Shown one piece after another: positions 62,598 through 64,000 of a DNA stretch of 64,000 bases. Both the position numbers and the translations under genes were made by a program. Location: positions 9,389 through 73,388 of the forward strand of contig CACEDX010000006.1 in the NCBI GenBank assembly GCA_902558445.1. The letters are read 5' to 3'. This DNA comes from an uncultured Pelagibacteraceae bacterium (GTDB taxonomy: Bacteria; Pseudomonadota; Alphaproteobacteria; Pelagibacterales; Pelagibacteraceae). Position 1 is the first letter of the stretch; every line of letters begins with the position of its first letter. The notes beneath the pieces are model-generated. The model was not told the DNA's origin and ran no database searches. It saw nothing but the letters and a program-made list of their open reading frames with translations.

Positions 62598-63590
62598 TTA
62601 ATAAAAAAACTTTGAGCTTTTGTAATTTTTTAAATTTTCTTTTTTTTTAAACCACTCAATAGTTTTTTTTAGACCTTCCGTAAGACCTTTCTCTCCTTTA
62701 ATTTTTGGTGACCATTTTAGAATTTTTTTTGCTTTATTTATTGATGCAACTAATCTACTAACTTCACTTTTTTTTGGTCTGATTCTGATTTTTTTCCTCT
62801 TAAAAACAATTTTAACTCCTAAAATGTTTCCTATTTTTAATGCCAATTTTTTGATAGAAATCTCGTACCCAGAACCAATATTTATAACTTCTCCAATACT
62901 TTTCTTATTCCCTATTGCTGAAATAATCCCATCCACTGTGTCCTCAACGTAAAGTAAATCTCTTGTTGGATATGTTGATCCAATTTCAATTATTTTTTTT
63001 TTTAATGCTTGAGTAATTATTGAGGGAATTATAGCTCTAGTTGATTGTCGCGGACCATATGTATTAAACGGCCTCACTATAGTTAATGGTAAATTAAATG
63101 ATTTATGAAATGACAAGGCTAATTGATCTGCTGCAATTTTACTCGCAGCATAAGGAGATTGGGCATTTAAAGGAAAACTTTCTTTAATTGGTACATTTTT
63201 AGGTGAACCATAAACTTCGCTTGTTGAAATTTGAATTAATTGTTTCACATTAGTTGATAAAGATGAATTCATTAAATTTAATAATCCTAAAACATTAGTA
63301 TCAATATATGATTTACTAGCTTTGTAAGAATAAGGTATACTGATCAAAGCTGCCATATTTATTACAATATCGACTCCCTTAAAAATACTGTCAACAAATT
63401 CTTTATCTCGAATGTCACCTAGCACTGTTTCTATTTTATTTTTCACTTTATCATTAATCACTTCAATCCAACCTAGAGAATTAAAAGAATTATATTGTAC
63501 TAGAGCTCTAACTTTATATTTTTTTTTTACCAAACTTTCAATTAAGTGTGATCCGATAAAACCTTCTGAACCAGTTACAAGAATTTTCAT
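62598..63590 (-). CDS. legB: NAD-dependent 4,6-dehydratase, LegB-like
   Basis: TGSEGFIGSHL, YNSFNSLGW, AALISIPYSY, STSEVYG, SPYAASK, RPFNTYGPRQSTRAIIP. Confidence 0.88.
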   Translation of the reverse strand: MKILVTGSEGFIGSHLIESLVKKKYKVRALVQYNSFNSLGWIEVINDKVKNKIETVLGDIRDKEFVDSIFKGVDIVINMAALISIPYSYKASKSYIDTNVLGLLNLMNSSLSTNVKQLIQISTSEVYGSPKNVPIKESFPLNAQSPYAASKIAADQLALSFHKSFNLPLTIVRPFNTYGPRQSTRAIIPSIITQALKKKIIEIGSTYPTRDLLYVEDTVDGIISAIGNKKSIGEVINIGSGYEISIKKLALKIGNILGVKIVFKRKKIRIRPKKSEVSRLVASINKAKKILKWSPKIKGEKGLTEGLKKTIEWFKKKENLKNYKSSKFFY

Positions 63591-63591
63591 A

Positions 63592-64000
63592 TCAATTATC
63601 TTTCGAATTAAGTATGTTTAAATCATTTATAGTGTCAACTTCAAACCATGTATTTTTGTAATCTACGATTTTGACAACAAATTGATTTTTCTCTATAAAT
63701 TTTGAAAAAAAAGAGGTCATATCTAATTTTTTTATGTTTATTTTCTCTTTCTTAATAAAGTTTTGAATTCTTATCCATCCTGCAGGAGTAATCTTAATCA
63801 ATCCACCAAATTGACCTTTAATTGAGGACATATTTTTTGGCCTTGAACCAATTTTTGTTAAAAATTTATTTTTTTTTATTTTCTTATAATCAAAACTTTC
63901 TAGATCATTTAAAGGTGTTTTAAATCTCTTTTTCCATGTTTTTTTCCAGTTTGTATTATTTAAAATTATTATATCTCCCTTAGCTTGCTTCAAAAGTTTA
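63592..64000 (-). CDS. C-terminal part of a LicC/phosphocholine-cytidylyltransferase-like NTP transferase (5' end outside window)
   Basis: W..RF..PL.DLESF, IKGQFGGLIK, DMTSF, WFEVDTINDL. Confidence 0.7.
   Translation of the reverse strand, partial: KLLKQAKGDIIILNNTNWKKTWKKRFKTPLNDLESFDYKKIKKNKFLTKIGSRPKNMSSIKGQFGGLIKITPAGWIRIQNFIKKEKINIKKLDMTSFFSKFIEKNQFVVKIVDYKNTWFEVDTINDLNILNSKDN

Larger units (their letters stand above)
32693..64000. other. hypervariable surface-glycan (O-chain) biosynthesis island, HVR2-like, continuing past the window end
   Basis: Unbroken run of sugar-nucleotide, transferase and membrane genes starting at the orphan 5S rRNA; visibly more AT/Lys-rich than the core. In SAR11 this island lies between 23S and 5S. 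Confidence 0.85.

Overview
AT-rich, very compact alphaproteobacterial DNA. Gene order and streamlining point to Pelagibacterales (SAR11); this is an inference. Bases 1-25.6 kb are core genome: rluD, rpoH, purA, thiD, glmM, folP, ftsH, tilS, the tol-pal cluster, a RuvC-fold resolvase, yebC, ymdB, ygfA, zapA, tkt-gap-pgk-fba, thiE, efp, suhB, rpmE, DUF1013, rpsU and initiator tRNA-Met. A three-gene glycosylation cassette follows the tRNA. Next come tal, pntAB, two small genes missed by the ORF track (aa3 oxidase subunit IV-like, rpmJ) and a stand-alone 5S rRNA. From 32.7 kb to the window end is a surface-glycan island in the HVR2-like position next to the 5S gene. It carries GDP-fucose/GDP-mannose epimerase genes, WecA- and ligase-like genes, CDP-glucose enzymes, an antibiotic-type 2,6-dideoxy/3-amino sugar module and a legionaminic-acid pathway with formyl- and amidino-tailoring genes. 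Best leads: (1) the actinomycete-style deoxy-amino sugar module with a half-length 2,3-dehydratase; (2) a phage/MOC1-type resolvase where ruvCAB normally sits; (3) a probable AUU start for rpsU; (4) a predicted formylated/amidinated legionaminate; (5) an NADP-type GAPDH signature; (6) 6S RNA missing from its usual slot. All calls rest on motif recognition by eye; no searches were run.
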